A DNA stretch of 64,000 nt from TPA_inf: Saccharomyces (Eukaryota), in contig BK006948.2 in NCBI GenBank assembly GCA_000146045.2, positions 256,001 through 320,000 on the forward strand, given 5' to 3'. The translations under genes were made by a program, and so were the position numbers. The notes beneath the pieces are model-generated. The model was not told the DNA's origin and ran no database searches. It was given only the letters and a program-made list of their open reading frames with translations. This document shows positions 32,898-44,186 of this stretch, one piece after another (position 1 is the first letter of the stretch; every line of letters starts with the position of its first letter).

Positions 32898-34553
32898 ATG
32901 AAGAAAAATTCTTCGGTAGTTTTCTTCCTTGTGGGTCTATCACAATTCGTCACTATGGCGTTTCTCATTATCGGATCCATTACGGCTCCAATTTTCAAAC
33001 AAATAGGCTATTCTAAATATGATGAGATCACATACGGTACATTCGGCTACTGTAAAGAGGGCTCCTGCTCAAAAGCAAGTTATAATTATCACCCCGATGA
33101 GCTATCAGACAGTGATAGCAACTGGAAACTCAATAGCAACGCTAGGTCTATATTGGGGAAAATCATCTTTATCACACCCATTGCTGCTGGTCTTAATTTT
33201 TTGGGATTTCTTTGTACCATCATGAGCGTTTTATTAATTAACGTGCTATCCAGTGATAGAGTTGGTAGTGCGTCTGCCATCATGTTTTTTGTTAATTTGA
33301 CATTTTCCACTCTAGGCTTTCTTTCTGCTTCTTTGATATGTATCGTGGTATTTTTACTGTTTTACCCACATGTAACCTGGTGTTCATGGGTCCTGATACC
33401 AGGAGCTGCTTTATCTCTACTAGTAATTCCTTTGATATTCTCAGCTTATTCAAGAAGCTCAGGCTCAAGGGATGATGACGAAACCGAGGAACTGGAAGAA
33501 AAGGGCATGCTGCTGAATGACCCATATCTAAGTTCGAAGTCCGGGAGATTCGATATCGACGCTGATAGTGAGGCCAACCTCCGTGGTGATTCAAGAACGA
33601 ATTTATTGGGTGACAATTTTAAGAACGGTACTAATATCACTGTTGTCCCAGATATTATTTCACACAATCAAGATCCGAAATTATCAAACATAACCACTTC
33701 TACCACGTCTGATATTTCTACTTTCGATAAAGAAGCAAAGGACATGGAAAATTCAAATGGTTCCGGACTTAATGAAGAAGAGGACGATGGCATGGCCTAT
33801 GACAAAAGGAGGTCAACTTCAACGTATTCTGTCATTGAAAGTGAAAGTGGCTTGAAAAATGGGAGTGTTTCTAATAATTATGTGAGAAACAATGGTAGTA
33901 ACACCAGCAACAATATAAACTATAAAGTTCCGCTAGGAAAAACGGAAATATCATCCAGTGCATCATTAGCGTCCTCAGACTACTCTCAAAGAGAGGTCAT
34001 ACCGCACAGAAATCCTTCGAGACTACTAAACGACATCATGGAGACCTCCTTCAATGAACCAAACGATAGCCACATCAACAGCATGTCCTCCTACAACGAT
34101 AAAGATTCAACGTTGACTTCAATATCACAGAGAGGTGTCAATCCGGAAGTATACAATCAAATGCCTCGAGAAACAGCCGCTGGTCCTGCAAATATAAGGC
34201 CGTACGCTGGTCAGCCACACCCGGCGCCATTAGTGTATCCCCAACAACGACTACAACCACAACAACAGCAACCACAGCAGCAATATCATCAATACAATTT
34301 ATATCAAAGAACTACTCCTGCTGGTCCAGATCCTTCTAATGTTATTTTACAAAGCAATCCTTATTTCAACGTTGCCCCAAACCAAGTGCCACAGCACAGA
34401 AATCCGGTACCAGGCGTCGGTTTTGCTCCGAATCCTTTACCAAACCAAAGCCCGATAACACAAGGATATAAGCCTGCCTATAAGAGGAGAATGCAAAACA
34501 AAAACTTGCCCCGAGCTACTACTTCACTGAACAATCCTTACGGATTTAGGTAA
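32898..34553 (+). CDS. YOL019W: Sur7/PalI-family four-TM plasma-membrane protein with a long disordered tail, 551 aa (YOL019W)
   Basis: N-terminal TM, a Cys-containing extracellular loop (GYCKEGSCSK) and three further TMs, then an S/N/Q-rich tail. Size and position match. Confidence 0.75.
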   Translation: MKKNSSVVFFLVGLSQFVTMAFLIIGSITAPIFKQIGYSKYDEITYGTFGYCKEGSCSKASYNYHPDELSDSDSNWKLNSNARSILGKIIFITPIAAGLNFLGFLCTIMSVLLINVLSSDRVGSASAIMFFVNLTFSTLGFLSASLICIVVFLLFYPHVTWCSWVLIPGAALSLLVIPLIFSAYSRSSGSRDDDETEELEEKGMLLNDPYLSSKSGRFDIDADSEANLRGDSRTNLLGDNFKNGTNITVVPDIISHNQDPKLSNITTSTTSDISTFDKEAKDMENSNGSGLNEEEDDGMAYDKRRSTSTYSVIESESGLKNGSVSNNYVRNNGSNTSNNINYKVPLGKTEISSSASLASSDYSQREVIPHRNPSRLLNDIMETSFNEPNDSHINSMSSYNDKDSTLTSISQRGVNPEVYNQMPRETAAGPANIRPYAGQPHPAPLVYPQQRLQPQQQQPQQQYHQYNLYQRTTPAGPDPSNVILQSNPYFNVAPNQVPQHRNPVPGVGFAPNPLPNQSPITQGYKPAYKRRMQNKNLPRATTSLNNPYGFR

Positions 34554-34880
34554 AAAAAGAAAAATGAAGGTTCTTTTTTTTTTTTTATATTCTACAAATC
34601 ACAATAACCACCAACTTGTATTAAACCATATTTTATCATCTTCAGGAACTACTTATGCACAATATTCGTTCGCCAGTCTTTACTTGCGGTTCAATTTTAT
34701 CCCATATAAATTTGTATTTTATTATCATACTACATACTTTATTGAAATCATATATTAACCTTTTCACTTTTCTCAAATAGAACGAGCAACAGGTCATATG
34801 AACGCTGACTAAATCTCTCAATTTTCTTCAAAGCATATTATAGTTCAAAATCGCGATGCGGTACCGTGAAAGTTTTGTCA

Positions 34881-36074
34881 TCAAAGTAGGTCATCCAAAG
34901 CATCATTCTCAGATTCTGTTACTTCAACGATACTCGGCAAGTTGCTCTCTTCGTCATTAATATGGGTATTACTGCCGTCATCATGACTGTTATTAACTGT
35001 TTTATTATCATCATTGTTGTACTTGTTGCTACCATTATTACGACCACCACTGCCACCGCCATGTGGTTTCAACATAACAAAGAAAAAGAGCGCTATTACG
35101 CACAATGTTAGTAATAAAATGACTTTACATTTTTGAGTTCTCTTCTGGTAGTGTGTTGCTTTATTCAACTCTTTATCTGCACTTTTTAGCTCTACCACTG
35201 TATTTTCCAGATTATAATCAATCCTGTCCACAATAGTCCCCTGGTCAACAACCAAATCTTGCATTTCCCTGAAAATAGTGCTCACTTCTAATACACCCCT
35301 TGCCAACTGAGTAATTTCTTCGTCACGTTCTCTCAAATATGCTTCTGCAGAAGTGTCATGAAGCTGTTGCTGTCTCTGCAACGTCCTTTTTGAATAGTCT
35401 TCAATATCGAGGCCCTCTCTCTTCTCTCTTGCTGCCTCCTCTTCCTCATCATCTAATAATAGCGTGTTCTCTGCACTGGCCTTATTGCGGATAGGTTTCA
35501 AATCATCCTTGTTCAAGAATTTCAAGTAATTATTTTGTAATACTCTGAACTTATTACTTTCAGTTTGTATCTTTTCTGCATAGATCTTCTGTAGATTATC
35601 TAGTATAATCAGCTCTTCTCGACTTAATTGCTTACCATCCACAAATTGAGAGTTGTATATGGTCTTTAATCGTTTCATAACAGCGTAACATTTCTGCAGC
35701 ATCTGAATTACTTTGAAACTTAGATCTTCAATCAGCGCCTCATCATGACTCTTGTCTTCAAAGCCAGGTAACGAATTCTTCCTATAAACCTTCGCCAACT
35801 GCTCACTTAACCGTCTCACCTCCAGAAGATAATCATCAACATCCTGCGCTATATCAATAAATATGGGTGGTAACGCATCACTGTGATTCTCATGCTTGTT
35901 TTTTCGTTCATCTGTCAATCTGGCCGATATATCGTGAGACATATTCATCATCGGGTATGTACCCATTTCAATATCTTGATCATCGCCCAAGGGTGCTTTC
36001 CCAGATGAGAAAGTTATGTTATGAGGGAAAGTCCTACGGTATGATAAAAATAAATTAGTTCTATCTCTAAACAT
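34881..36074 (-). CDS. TLG2: TLG2, syntaxin-like t-SNARE of late Golgi/endosome, 397 aa
   Basis: Syntaxin-like Habc region, a SNARE motif and a C-terminal TM anchor (KVILLLTLCVIALFFFVML). Confidence 0.85.
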   Translation of the reverse strand: MFRDRTNLFLSYRRTFPHNITFSSGKAPLGDDQDIEMGTYPMMNMSHDISARLTDERKNKHENHSDALPPIFIDIAQDVDDYLLEVRRLSEQLAKVYRKNSLPGFEDKSHDEALIEDLSFKVIQMLQKCYAVMKRLKTIYNSQFVDGKQLSREELIILDNLQKIYAEKIQTESNKFRVLQNNYLKFLNKDDLKPIRNKASAENTLLLDDEEEEAAREKREGLDIEDYSKRTLQRQQQLHDTSAEAYLRERDEEITQLARGVLEVSTIFREMQDLVVDQGTIVDRIDYNLENTVVELKSADKELNKATHYQKRTQKCKVILLLTLCVIALFFFVMLKPHGGGSGGRNNGSNKYNNDDNKTVNNSHDDGSNTHINDEESNLPSIVEVTESENDALDDLL

Positions 36075-36528
36075 GTTTGTAACGACTGCCTAGATCACAA
36101 AGCGATAAAATGTACATCAATTGGAGACTTTCCTGTCTTGCCGTACTTATAGTCTATTCTGCTATAATCTATACGCACTCACTTTACACCTTAAAAGCCC
36201 AATACAAACCGGTCCAACAATTATAATTCATCTATAGGGCATATACAAAAAAAAAAGGTAGGTGTAAAAGATAATAAAATACAACCCTATTAGCTTTGAT
36301 AAAAAATTAGTAGGGTTAGAATGTCATATGGTAGGGTGATATAAACGCGTGAACTTTACGCGTTTATATGTACTAAGTTATTTTCGGTATTAGAGAATAC
36401 CATATCAACGACTAACTCTTAAGCTTTCGATTGTATGAGCTGAAGAAACGGCCTGCTCATTACCAGGATATCTCTTTTTTTTAGACATCAAACAAGAAAA
36501 TAAGGAACAAGAAATTTGAGGTACAATA

Positions 36529-38673
36529 ATGACAGAAATTATTGATTTAGACTTGGTCGATGACTTTATCAAGAAACCTATGGTCAAACAACAGAAAAAC
36601 CAGTCTTCAAAGCCTAGGGTAAAAAGAAGGGGTCAGTTGACCTTTGATGATTTCAGAAACATCAAAATTGTAGAAGAACCTGTTGTACTTTCTCACAATA
36701 GTTCAATTGACGAATCACTGGATGCTGCTACCCAAAATACTAAAAAGCGGGAGAAATATGAAGGTACCTGTGATGAAGAAATGAAAACTAAAGAAATGGA
36801 GGCAAATATGGCAAGCAAATATTCTAATATCAAAACACATTCGAACGACACTAACAAGGTAGAGTCGATCAGTGAACACACTACTTCTAATAATAGACCA
36901 TTGAATACATTAAACTGGTCACCAAATATTCCTTTACGATATTCTGACTTTGCAAAGTTTATGAGTGATGAGACGGTAACGGAAAGCAATTGGGCGCCTC
37001 CCCTTTGCACCCCTCTCCCATATGCAGGCGATGTTATGAAGATCCTTTCTTTTATCGTCAAATTTAAATGGGTGTTCAGCGACGATCTACTGAACCTGTC
37101 ATTTCAAGATGTGGAGATAGGACTAGAATTAAAGGTGGCTGGCCATTCTGCGAAGAATATTCGAATTTGTCAGGATAAAATGAATCTACTATTTTGCAGT
37201 CTTTTGAGGTTATTATTCTGCTCCGAGAAAAGAGCAGACAACCAAACTCATAGAAATTTCACGCTAAAAAGATTTCTTAGTTTGAAAAATCCATATGGAA
37301 AACTGGTTGGCAAACTCAGAAGCTTAATCCAGGAGTGGGGCTTACCAAAAGAATGGCGTGGTAATAGTGATATTTTATCTACTCTAAATTTTAATGGAGG
37401 TGGTTTGTTGACGATGGAACCATTAGATAGAATAATATTATTGAGATGCATGATCGATTGGAATTGTAGCTACTCCGCACTTTTCCATAATGAAATTCAA
37501 AGGCTCACTCACTTGAAAGGCGATACAGGGTTCAACCATCAAACTTTTCACGCCAGCAGGTTTGCTATGTGCGGGGCCAATAACATATTAGATAGTTGTG
37601 AAGTTTTATGCTCTTTGATGAGTCAAAAGTTGGAAAATCGAAAGAAAAGGAAGCCCAGCGACAAAGGAAAACTGAGTAAGATCAATAGTCAGATGAAATT
37701 TCTAAAGGGTGTTCGGAAATCATTGAGCGAAAAAGTAACTACAGACAGATTACGAGCTGCAGTTAAAATAAATGAAGAATGGGGTGAATATTTTGCAAAC
37801 GAATTTACACACACACCAATTGATGATCCCACCGTAGACGAAATTTACAAGTTAAGGACATCAGAGTTTATGATAGCGAGAATTCCACGAGTTGGAGATT
37901 TCTACTTACCACCATTCTGGATTGGCAACGAATGCAGTTCAGTAAACACTAGTTACAGTTTCAATGACATGTCAACTTATCTTAATTACTTCGTAAAATT
38001 CAAAGAGGAGGGTACAAAAATACTGCCTGCAAAAACCGCACAAAATGAAAACAAGTGTCAACTTAAACTTATATATAGGAACACTCCTGCATGTATCCGT
38101 AATTTACAGTTCAATGATGTTCACTTTGCCGAGGTGCCGCATTGGTTTGAAGTTGCAGGAGACTCGAATTCTTTGAGCAACTTCATTGAGTATTTGGAAA
38201 GTTTATCATCACTTACTGAAAATGACACCGATGATACAAAAAAGGGTATAGACAATCTAATTGAGTTTTTGAAAATTTTCAGTATATTCATAAATGAGAC
38301 TATTCAGCGCATAACTGCTGCCCCTACAGGCAGTACTGAAGGACGTCATTTGCGAACAAGCTCTCAGAGAAGAACCACGGTGCATTACTCGAGTGATGTA
38401 AATGGTGACGTTTCCGAGGAAAGTGAAAATGAAGTTGACATTGACGTTAGCGATGACTATGATTCAGAATATCTGAGTGAGGAGAATACATTGACAAGAA
38501 AAGGTGAAGATAGGACAGATAAATCTTTTGGGAAAAGAGAATTACACAATGGCGCTAAAGATTGTGATAGGAATTGTGATGATATAGAGATCTTCTCAGA
38601 ACCCGTTAGGCAACTACAAGATAATTCTCGGGAAAAAAGAAGCTTGAGGCGTAATGCCAGAAAAGGTCTATAG
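36529..38673 (+). CDS. ESC8: ESC8, Ioc3-like silencing protein, 714 aa
   Basis: 714-aa ORF. Size and position between TLG2 and CMK2 match ESC8. Confidence 0.75.
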   Translation: MTEIIDLDLVDDFIKKPMVKQQKNQSSKPRVKRRGQLTFDDFRNIKIVEEPVVLSHNSSIDESLDAATQNTKKREKYEGTCDEEMKTKEMEANMASKYSNIKTHSNDTNKVESISEHTTSNNRPLNTLNWSPNIPLRYSDFAKFMSDETVTESNWAPPLCTPLPYAGDVMKILSFIVKFKWVFSDDLLNLSFQDVEIGLELKVAGHSAKNIRICQDKMNLLFCSLLRLLFCSEKRADNQTHRNFTLKRFLSLKNPYGKLVGKLRSLIQEWGLPKEWRGNSDILSTLNFNGGGLLTMEPLDRIILLRCMIDWNCSYSALFHNEIQRLTHLKGDTGFNHQTFHASRFAMCGANNILDSCEVLCSLMSQKLENRKKRKPSDKGKLSKINSQMKFLKGVRKSLSEKVTTDRLRAAVKINEEWGEYFANEFTHTPIDDPTVDEIYKLRTSEFMIARIPRVGDFYLPPFWIGNECSSVNTSYSFNDMSTYLNYFVKFKEEGTKILPAKTAQNENKCQLKLIYRNTPACIRNLQFNDVHFAEVPHWFEVAGDSNSLSNFIEYLESLSSLTENDTDDTKKGIDNLIEFLKIFSIFINETIQRITAAPTGSTEGRHLRTSSQRRTTVHYSSDVNGDVSEESENEVDIDVSDDYDSEYLSEENTLTRKGEDRTDKSFGKRELHNGAKDCDRNCDDIEIFSEPVRQLQDNSREKRSLRRNARKGL

Positions 38674-38776
38674 TTTGAATGCCATGAAGTGTAGCTGCTG
38701 GTTACATAAAATCGTCACTAGCTTTACACATTAAATATTATATACGAATTTATGTACACGAATTCAAGTCCGTAAT

Positions 38777-40120
38777 TTAGTCTTCTGACTTCGACTCCCG
38801 ATCATCATGCAGTGTTTTCTTGCTATCGTCTTCCTCTTCACCAGCCAAAACTTTATGTTTATTCTTTGTTGCAGCTTTGACAATTTGAACAAAGGCATCC
38901 TTTGTTAATGCAGACTTCAATTTCATTTGCTCTTCTGTTAGTTCTCCCCCTTTCTTCTGAGATTGCAGACGTAAATCATCCAACGAATGTGTGACGCCGT
39001 CCAGAAGACTTTCATTGAGGGAATTCTCTTCTATATCGTTATCGCCATCGTCCCCTAATGAATACATATTTCTTAACCTCTTAATTCTATTATTAAGCTT
39101 CACAATTTCAATAGCGTCACGTAATTTCTTACGCAAAGAAAACCCTTTCTTAACGTCTGGTAAAATATTACTAGTTTCAACTCTCTTTGAAGTAATCCAT
39201 GGATCGTCCAGCAATTCCGTAGCAGTTGGTCTGTCAGCTGGATTCAATCTCAATGCCTTCAAGATGAAACGCTTAACATCAATAGATATGTTATCCCAAT
39301 ATGGCATATGGAAGGTTACCGGGTATCTCGAAGCTGTACATTCCTCCATGAATCCTTCAACGCTTTCGGCAATAAAAGGAGAATAACCGCACAGTAAAGT
39401 ATATGTGATCACACCAATGGACCATATATCACAAGGCTTACCATGTCCATCTTGTGTGAGGACTTCTGGTGCCACATAACCCAACGATCCGGCTGCTTTG
39501 TATATCAAATCCTCCTCCCCCTTCAATTGTTTAGCTATACCGAAGTCCGCAATTACCAGAGGCGAATTTTCTGACTTATCAACATACAAAACGTTCTCAG
39601 GTTTCAAATCCCTATGAACAACATTCTTGGAATGCATATACTCCACGGCACCAAGAATCTGAACTATGATTTCAACAGCATCCACTTCTGTGAACTTCCC
39701 TCTAGACAGAATTCTATCAAATAATTCACCTCCTGTTGCCAGCTGAGTGACAATATAGAACTTATCCTTCGATTCAAACCAATCCTTGAATGACACAATG
39801 TTCGGATGACTCAATTTTTGAAGAATGGACAGCTCTTCGTACAGCATCTGTAATTGCACATTGTTTCCCTGCAATGCCTTCTTCAATAAGATCTTTATAG
39901 CAACATCTTCATTTGTGGACAACTTTCTGGCTTGTCTCACAACACCGAAGGAACCGGCACCCAGTGTTCGACCGAAAATATAATTAGTCCTGTTGACGTA
40001 AGATTCAGGTTGACCGCTTAATTTATTGATAAATTTTGCTACAGGGTGGCCGTTTAGACGCTCTGGATCTTGGACATCTACATGAAATTCAGAATTTATG
40101 ACCTCTGACTCCTTGGGCAT
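38777..40120 (-). CDS. CMK2: CMK2, Ca2+/calmodulin-dependent protein kinase II, 447 aa
   Basis: Ser/Thr kinase motifs [23 protein letters not shown] and APE, followed by a basic calmodulin-binding/autoinhibitory region. Confidence 0.9.
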
Positions 40121-40290
40121 TTTTGGTGTCTATATTTATATTGGCGATGTGATAGAAGAAAAGGTGACGAAAAGATTGATCAACGAATTGAAGTTCTGCT
40201 GATCTTGAACAATATCGTATTGTTTTATATTATTAGGATTACCAAGAGAAACAGCAATGGGTGGCTTCAAAGGGGGCAGGGTTCTAAGAT

Positions 40291-40366
40291 AAGCCTCAAT
40301 TATTCTCTTCGCGCTGCGTTAAAGCGGGCGCTTCTCCGAAAGTACAGCACGTTCTGAAAAGCCTCA
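40291..40366. promoter_or_regulatory. Two Crz1/CDRE-like cores (GAGGCT on the minus strand) in the CMK2 promoter
   Basis: aagcctca lies at about 40291-40298 and aagcctca at about 40359-40366. Each is the reverse complement of TGAGGCTT, which matches 7 of 8 positions of the CDRE consensus GNGGCKCA. CMK2 is a known calcineurin/Crz1 target. Confidence 0.35.
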
Positions 40367-41077
40367 TCAACATAGAATCCATATGATGCTCAACGACTGG
40401 AAGTAAAAACATGAAAATTGAAAAAGAATATGCCTGCAGGAGCATTGGGAAGTACATAGTGGCTTATAGACTGCCAAAAAAAATCAGTACGGAAGCAAAT
40501 GAACCTTATGTTATCCAGGGAGCGGTGAGTAACTGAGTAAAAACATTAGGCAAATTTCTTCCAAAAAATCATTGACATTGCCTGTCAATTGAGTAAATGA
40601 ATAAATAAATAAATGCAAAAAAGCCAACCTAACTCTCCTGCAATGATACAATGAGTACTGTATCAACGACCATTAGTAAGTATCATGAAGTGTTTTGTAT
40701 ATTTGGAAAAAACCAGGCTGCATTGCCCCAGTGGTGTATTTATATCTACTGCAGTATGTTCTATTCTGTGAAGTTCCTAAAAGACACCGAGGTTTCTATG
40801 GCCTAACCATATTGTTGTTCTAACGCCTTTTCTATGTAAGGGTCCTTATTGTTCAAAGCCCCACCGCTCCTTCGCGCGTTGTGCCTATCATTGTGTCAGT
40901 AAATGTTAGGATACGGGAAGTGTATATATTAATTGAGTGGACACAGAAAACGCTCTAGAAAGGAATATCTCACAAAGAACTGTAATATAAGCCTACATTA
41001 TTGATTTTTTTAGTTCTCTTGCCCTTATATTACCGTAAGTCTGCGGTATAATCACCTGGCCTAGTGCTTTTTCAATC

Positions 41078-42838
41078 ATGTTCATTGAATACTCTAGATT
41101 ACCAGGCTTCGAAAGCATCAATATATCATTTTCTAGAGGCATGCTAAGATTGGCTAAATTTACTAATTTCGCTACATACAAACAAAAATTAGAGTACTTC
41201 AGGCTGTTGGCAGGTTCAAACAAATACATCCAACGAATCAGCGTTGCTGACTTTGAGAGACATCCAGATGAAATCAATTATATTTACATTATACTAATAT
41301 CCATTCTCCAAATGGAAGAGTGTATGCCAGTCCTAGTTCTATGTCCAACTGTTTATTGGGTACGATTCCACTGGCCTGGAAAATGTTCCGTGAACAGTTT
41401 GAACTTTACGAATGAAACGTTAAAAAGCGCTTTCCATGCTGTCTTCACTCCCTATTTTGCACTAATGAAAAAAGTTCTTGGAAGGATTAAAAACAACATG
41501 TTGCTATTTGCAGAACCTCATGCAAATTTAAATAATTTGTTTGTCAAGCATTTCCACGATCTCATATATAAGAGCGTAAAGGATGAAAAAACCGGCGAGG
41601 CAATTCTGTATTTGAGAACTAACGTTAATGTTCCAAATGTTTTTATTGACGATAAAAGAGCAGTTTTTCATGGTGACGGTATGAAAATTGGAAAATTTAC
41701 CGGCAAATTTTTATGCTTTTCCTTCAAACGAACAATAAGATGGTCAAAATTAGATTCAGTGGATTCTTTTGCGGTTACGACAGTAAATTATAGAGTATCT
41801 GTAAATTGGGAAAAGACACCAAGAAAGACTTTCCTTTCTCTAGACAGTGACACCAAAAATTTACACTATATATCGAAAAAGATATTGAATAAAAAGGGAA
41901 AGAACGCCACTACATCAAAAACAACAAAAAGTTCATGCACAAGTGAGAACGTTTGCGATGATAAAACATTCTCCGTCGAATTCCCACTTACAACGTCAGC
42001 AAAAACTGAATATTTGTTGAGAAGTAATTTTTCTTTAGAAAAAATTAATGAAAGCAACAATCCTACCCTTCAAGAACTTACTTTAAACCGTACACATCGC
42101 TTATACCGATCAAATTTTCGCAATGAACAAAGCACCACACAGAGGAAGTTTGAAAAAATCGGTAGAACTGTCTCTACTGATTCAGGCAATAAACTGCTTA
42201 CGTTTCCGGAACAAAAGGCCACAAGAGATAGTAACCCCTTCTCAATCGAATTGACACATGCAACAGTAATTTCCAGCGACGAAAGTGCCTTAAAAGACAC
42301 TACTAATCAAGCGATAGCCGAAATGCAACGTATAACTCCTGCTATTGCAAAGACAATCTCGAGAAGAACAGCAAATTGGGTCTGCTCAAACCCAGCTCCT
42401 GATCCGTATGGGGAACCTTCAACGTGGTCCAGAATTTTGACCCCTAATTTGAAAATAATATCGGAATCATCACCATATTATCCAGTCCATCTAGCTTCAC
42501 CAAATTCTACCTTTAGTAGAGATCAAAGTGTAAGAAGTGTTGTCATGAGGAGAAGTTCTGTATGTGTTGAAAAACAAAATAGTTTCTTCAGAAATTACGA
42601 ACATTTCAAAAATATATTGTCGAGAAGAACTATTAAGGTTAAGACATCATGTCCTAGGCTGAGCGTTGACGTAAGTGACAACAAAAGAGAAAATTTATCA
42701 CAAGAACACCTCATTTTACCGAACAAATCTAGAGAAAAAGTCAACCGATTTAAAAATTGCCTACATAGAGTTGCAGAAGCGCTCAGAGCTGCCAAAGAAA
42801 ACTGGGATCAGCACAATCCCAGGAACTCTATTCATTAA
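41078..42838 (+). CDS. IRC10: IRC10-like protein of unknown function, 586 aa
   Basis: 586-aa ORF starting at an ATG. Size and position match YOL015W. No recognisable domain. Confidence 0.65.
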   Translation: MFIEYSRLPGFESINISFSRGMLRLAKFTNFATYKQKLEYFRLLAGSNKYIQRISVADFERHPDEINYIYIILISILQMEECMPVLVLCPTVYWVRFHWPGKCSVNSLNFTNETLKSAFHAVFTPYFALMKKVLGRIKNNMLLFAEPHANLNNLFVKHFHDLIYKSVKDEKTGEAILYLRTNVNVPNVFIDDKRAVFHGDGMKIGKFTGKFLCFSFKRTIRWSKLDSVDSFAVTTVNYRVSVNWEKTPRKTFLSLDSDTKNLHYISKKILNKKGKNATTSKTTKSSCTSENVCDDKTFSVEFPLTTSAKTEYLLRSNFSLEKINESNNPTLQELTLNRTHRLYRSNFRNEQSTTQRKFEKIGRTVSTDSGNKLLTFPEQKATRDSNPFSIELTHATVISSDESALKDTTNQAIAEMQRITPAIAKTISRRTANWVCSNPAPDPYGEPSTWSRILTPNLKIISESSPYYPVHLASPNSTFSRDQSVRSVVMRRSSVCVEKQNSFFRNYEHFKNILSRRTIKVKTSCPRLSVDVSDNKRENLSQEHLILPNKSREKVNRFKNCLHRVAEALRAAKENWDQHNPRNSIH

Positions 42839-43692
42839 GTACTGTTAGTTTTTATTTTGGGACACCCTTGACATATAGTTTAGAACTTTACCTACTTTAC
42901 CCTTGTAAAGTTTCTTTCCTTACTTAGCGAAACTGTACTGAATAAGTTGTGTAAGACAGAATCTTTGATTTTTTCCAGGAATAATCATCACTGCCTACTG
43001 CTACAACAGACTAGTTTACTCTCCCTTTTTTCCGTTTTTATTCCGACAAGGGGCATGAACATTCAATACTAAATTCTTTTGTGCTTTTTTTGGGAAGCCT
43101 TTTCTAATAAGTACCAGAAGACACATTTTTATGTGACACTACTTTAAGCCTCGAATGTTTTTTTGTGCCCTATTATTTCTAAGCAAAATATTAAACAATC
43201 TAGGCCGTAATTAAAACGCCTATCTTGGTACAGTGTTACAGCGGCTTATACAGTTTATGTTAAACTTAAAATTACATAAAGTTTCGAGAACTTCCCCTTA
43301 AGAAGGGTCCGGGCGCAGGCAACTGAGCCTACTCGGAATAAACATCGATGACCGTTTTTGGAAAAAGGGTTTGTCGCGGCATATAATGGATACTGAAGAG
43401 GTCGCCTGAAAACCTGAAAATTTTTTAGCCACCATAAATAATAAATAGTTATATATATTAAAACATCATTTGCTATTTTATCAAAATTCCGTTGTAGCGT
43501 GGTCAATTGTTCAACTATTTCAATTGTTCAGAAAAGTGAAGCTACTTAAAAGTAGAACAAAAAAGAGTTACTCGAACGTTGAACTCTTTGATTATTTAAA
43601 GATTTCAGTTTAACAAAAAAAGTAAAGTAACGTGAGAATGTCTGATTCAACAACTTCCCCCACAACCACATTTTCTACTTCATTATCACCAA

Positions 43693-44067
43693 ATGCGACC
43701 ACATCATTTTTTTTGTGGTAACATGGGAGTGATGTATACGGCCATGTCTGGATACGAAACAGAAGACGCACAAGCCTACTGGGCATGCGGTAGAGCATAT
43801 GAATCAGCTTTTGCAACGTTGACTAAAAAGGTTCCAGGAACCACATTCTCAGCTGATATGCCAACATCTACTTGGCATGGTGTCCTGGATTGCGGCTATT
43901 CCTCTTCAATTAACGTGGCAGAAAATAAAAGTTCGCCCATCGATTATTGGAATTGTGGTAGAACATATGCCAGGAATTATGCTCTGTCCGATGCGCTTTC
44001 ACTGAAGCCAACGAATATGTTACAGTACTTTCTATTAGTATTATTTTTTATCTGCATTATACTATGA
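43693..44067 (+). CDS. YOL014W: Small protein of unknown function with an internal duplicated YW.CGR.Y motif and a hydrophobic C-terminus, 124 aa (YOL014W)
   Basis: 124-aa ORF MRPHHFFCGN. Two related segments, AQAYWACGRAYESAFATL and IDYWNCGRTYARNYALS, plus a C-terminal hydrophobic tail. Confidence 0.55.
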   Translation: MRPHHFFCGNMGVMYTAMSGYETEDAQAYWACGRAYESAFATLTKKVPGTTFSADMPTSTWHGVLDCGYSSSINVAENKSSPIDYWNCGRTYARNYALSDALSLKPTNMLQYFLLVLFFICIIL

Positions 44068-44175
44068 GAAAAGCTCATTAATATTTGAGCACTTAGATAA
44101 AGTTGCATATGTGTATGAATACATTCTGAAGCAGCCATTAATTATTAATTTATTCAAGGGCATAATCAGTCCAAA

Positions 44176-44186
44176 ATTTATGTTTT
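44176..44186 (+). promoter_or_regulatory. Perfect 11/11 match to the ARS consensus sequence (ATTTATGTTTT), a candidate replication-origin core
   Basis: It matches WTTTAYRTTTW in full and lies in an AT-rich spacer next to a solo LTR and a tRNA gene, a common ARS context. About two perfect matches are expected by chance in 64 kb, so this is weak on its own. Confidence 0.25.

Noticed and set aside
43250-43420. Candidate small RNA in the IRC10-YOL014W spacer (several CTGA motifs, GC-rich patch)
   Set aside because: There is no proper box C (RUGAUGA), no terminal stem and no H/ACA hinge. It is probably ordinary promoter sequence.
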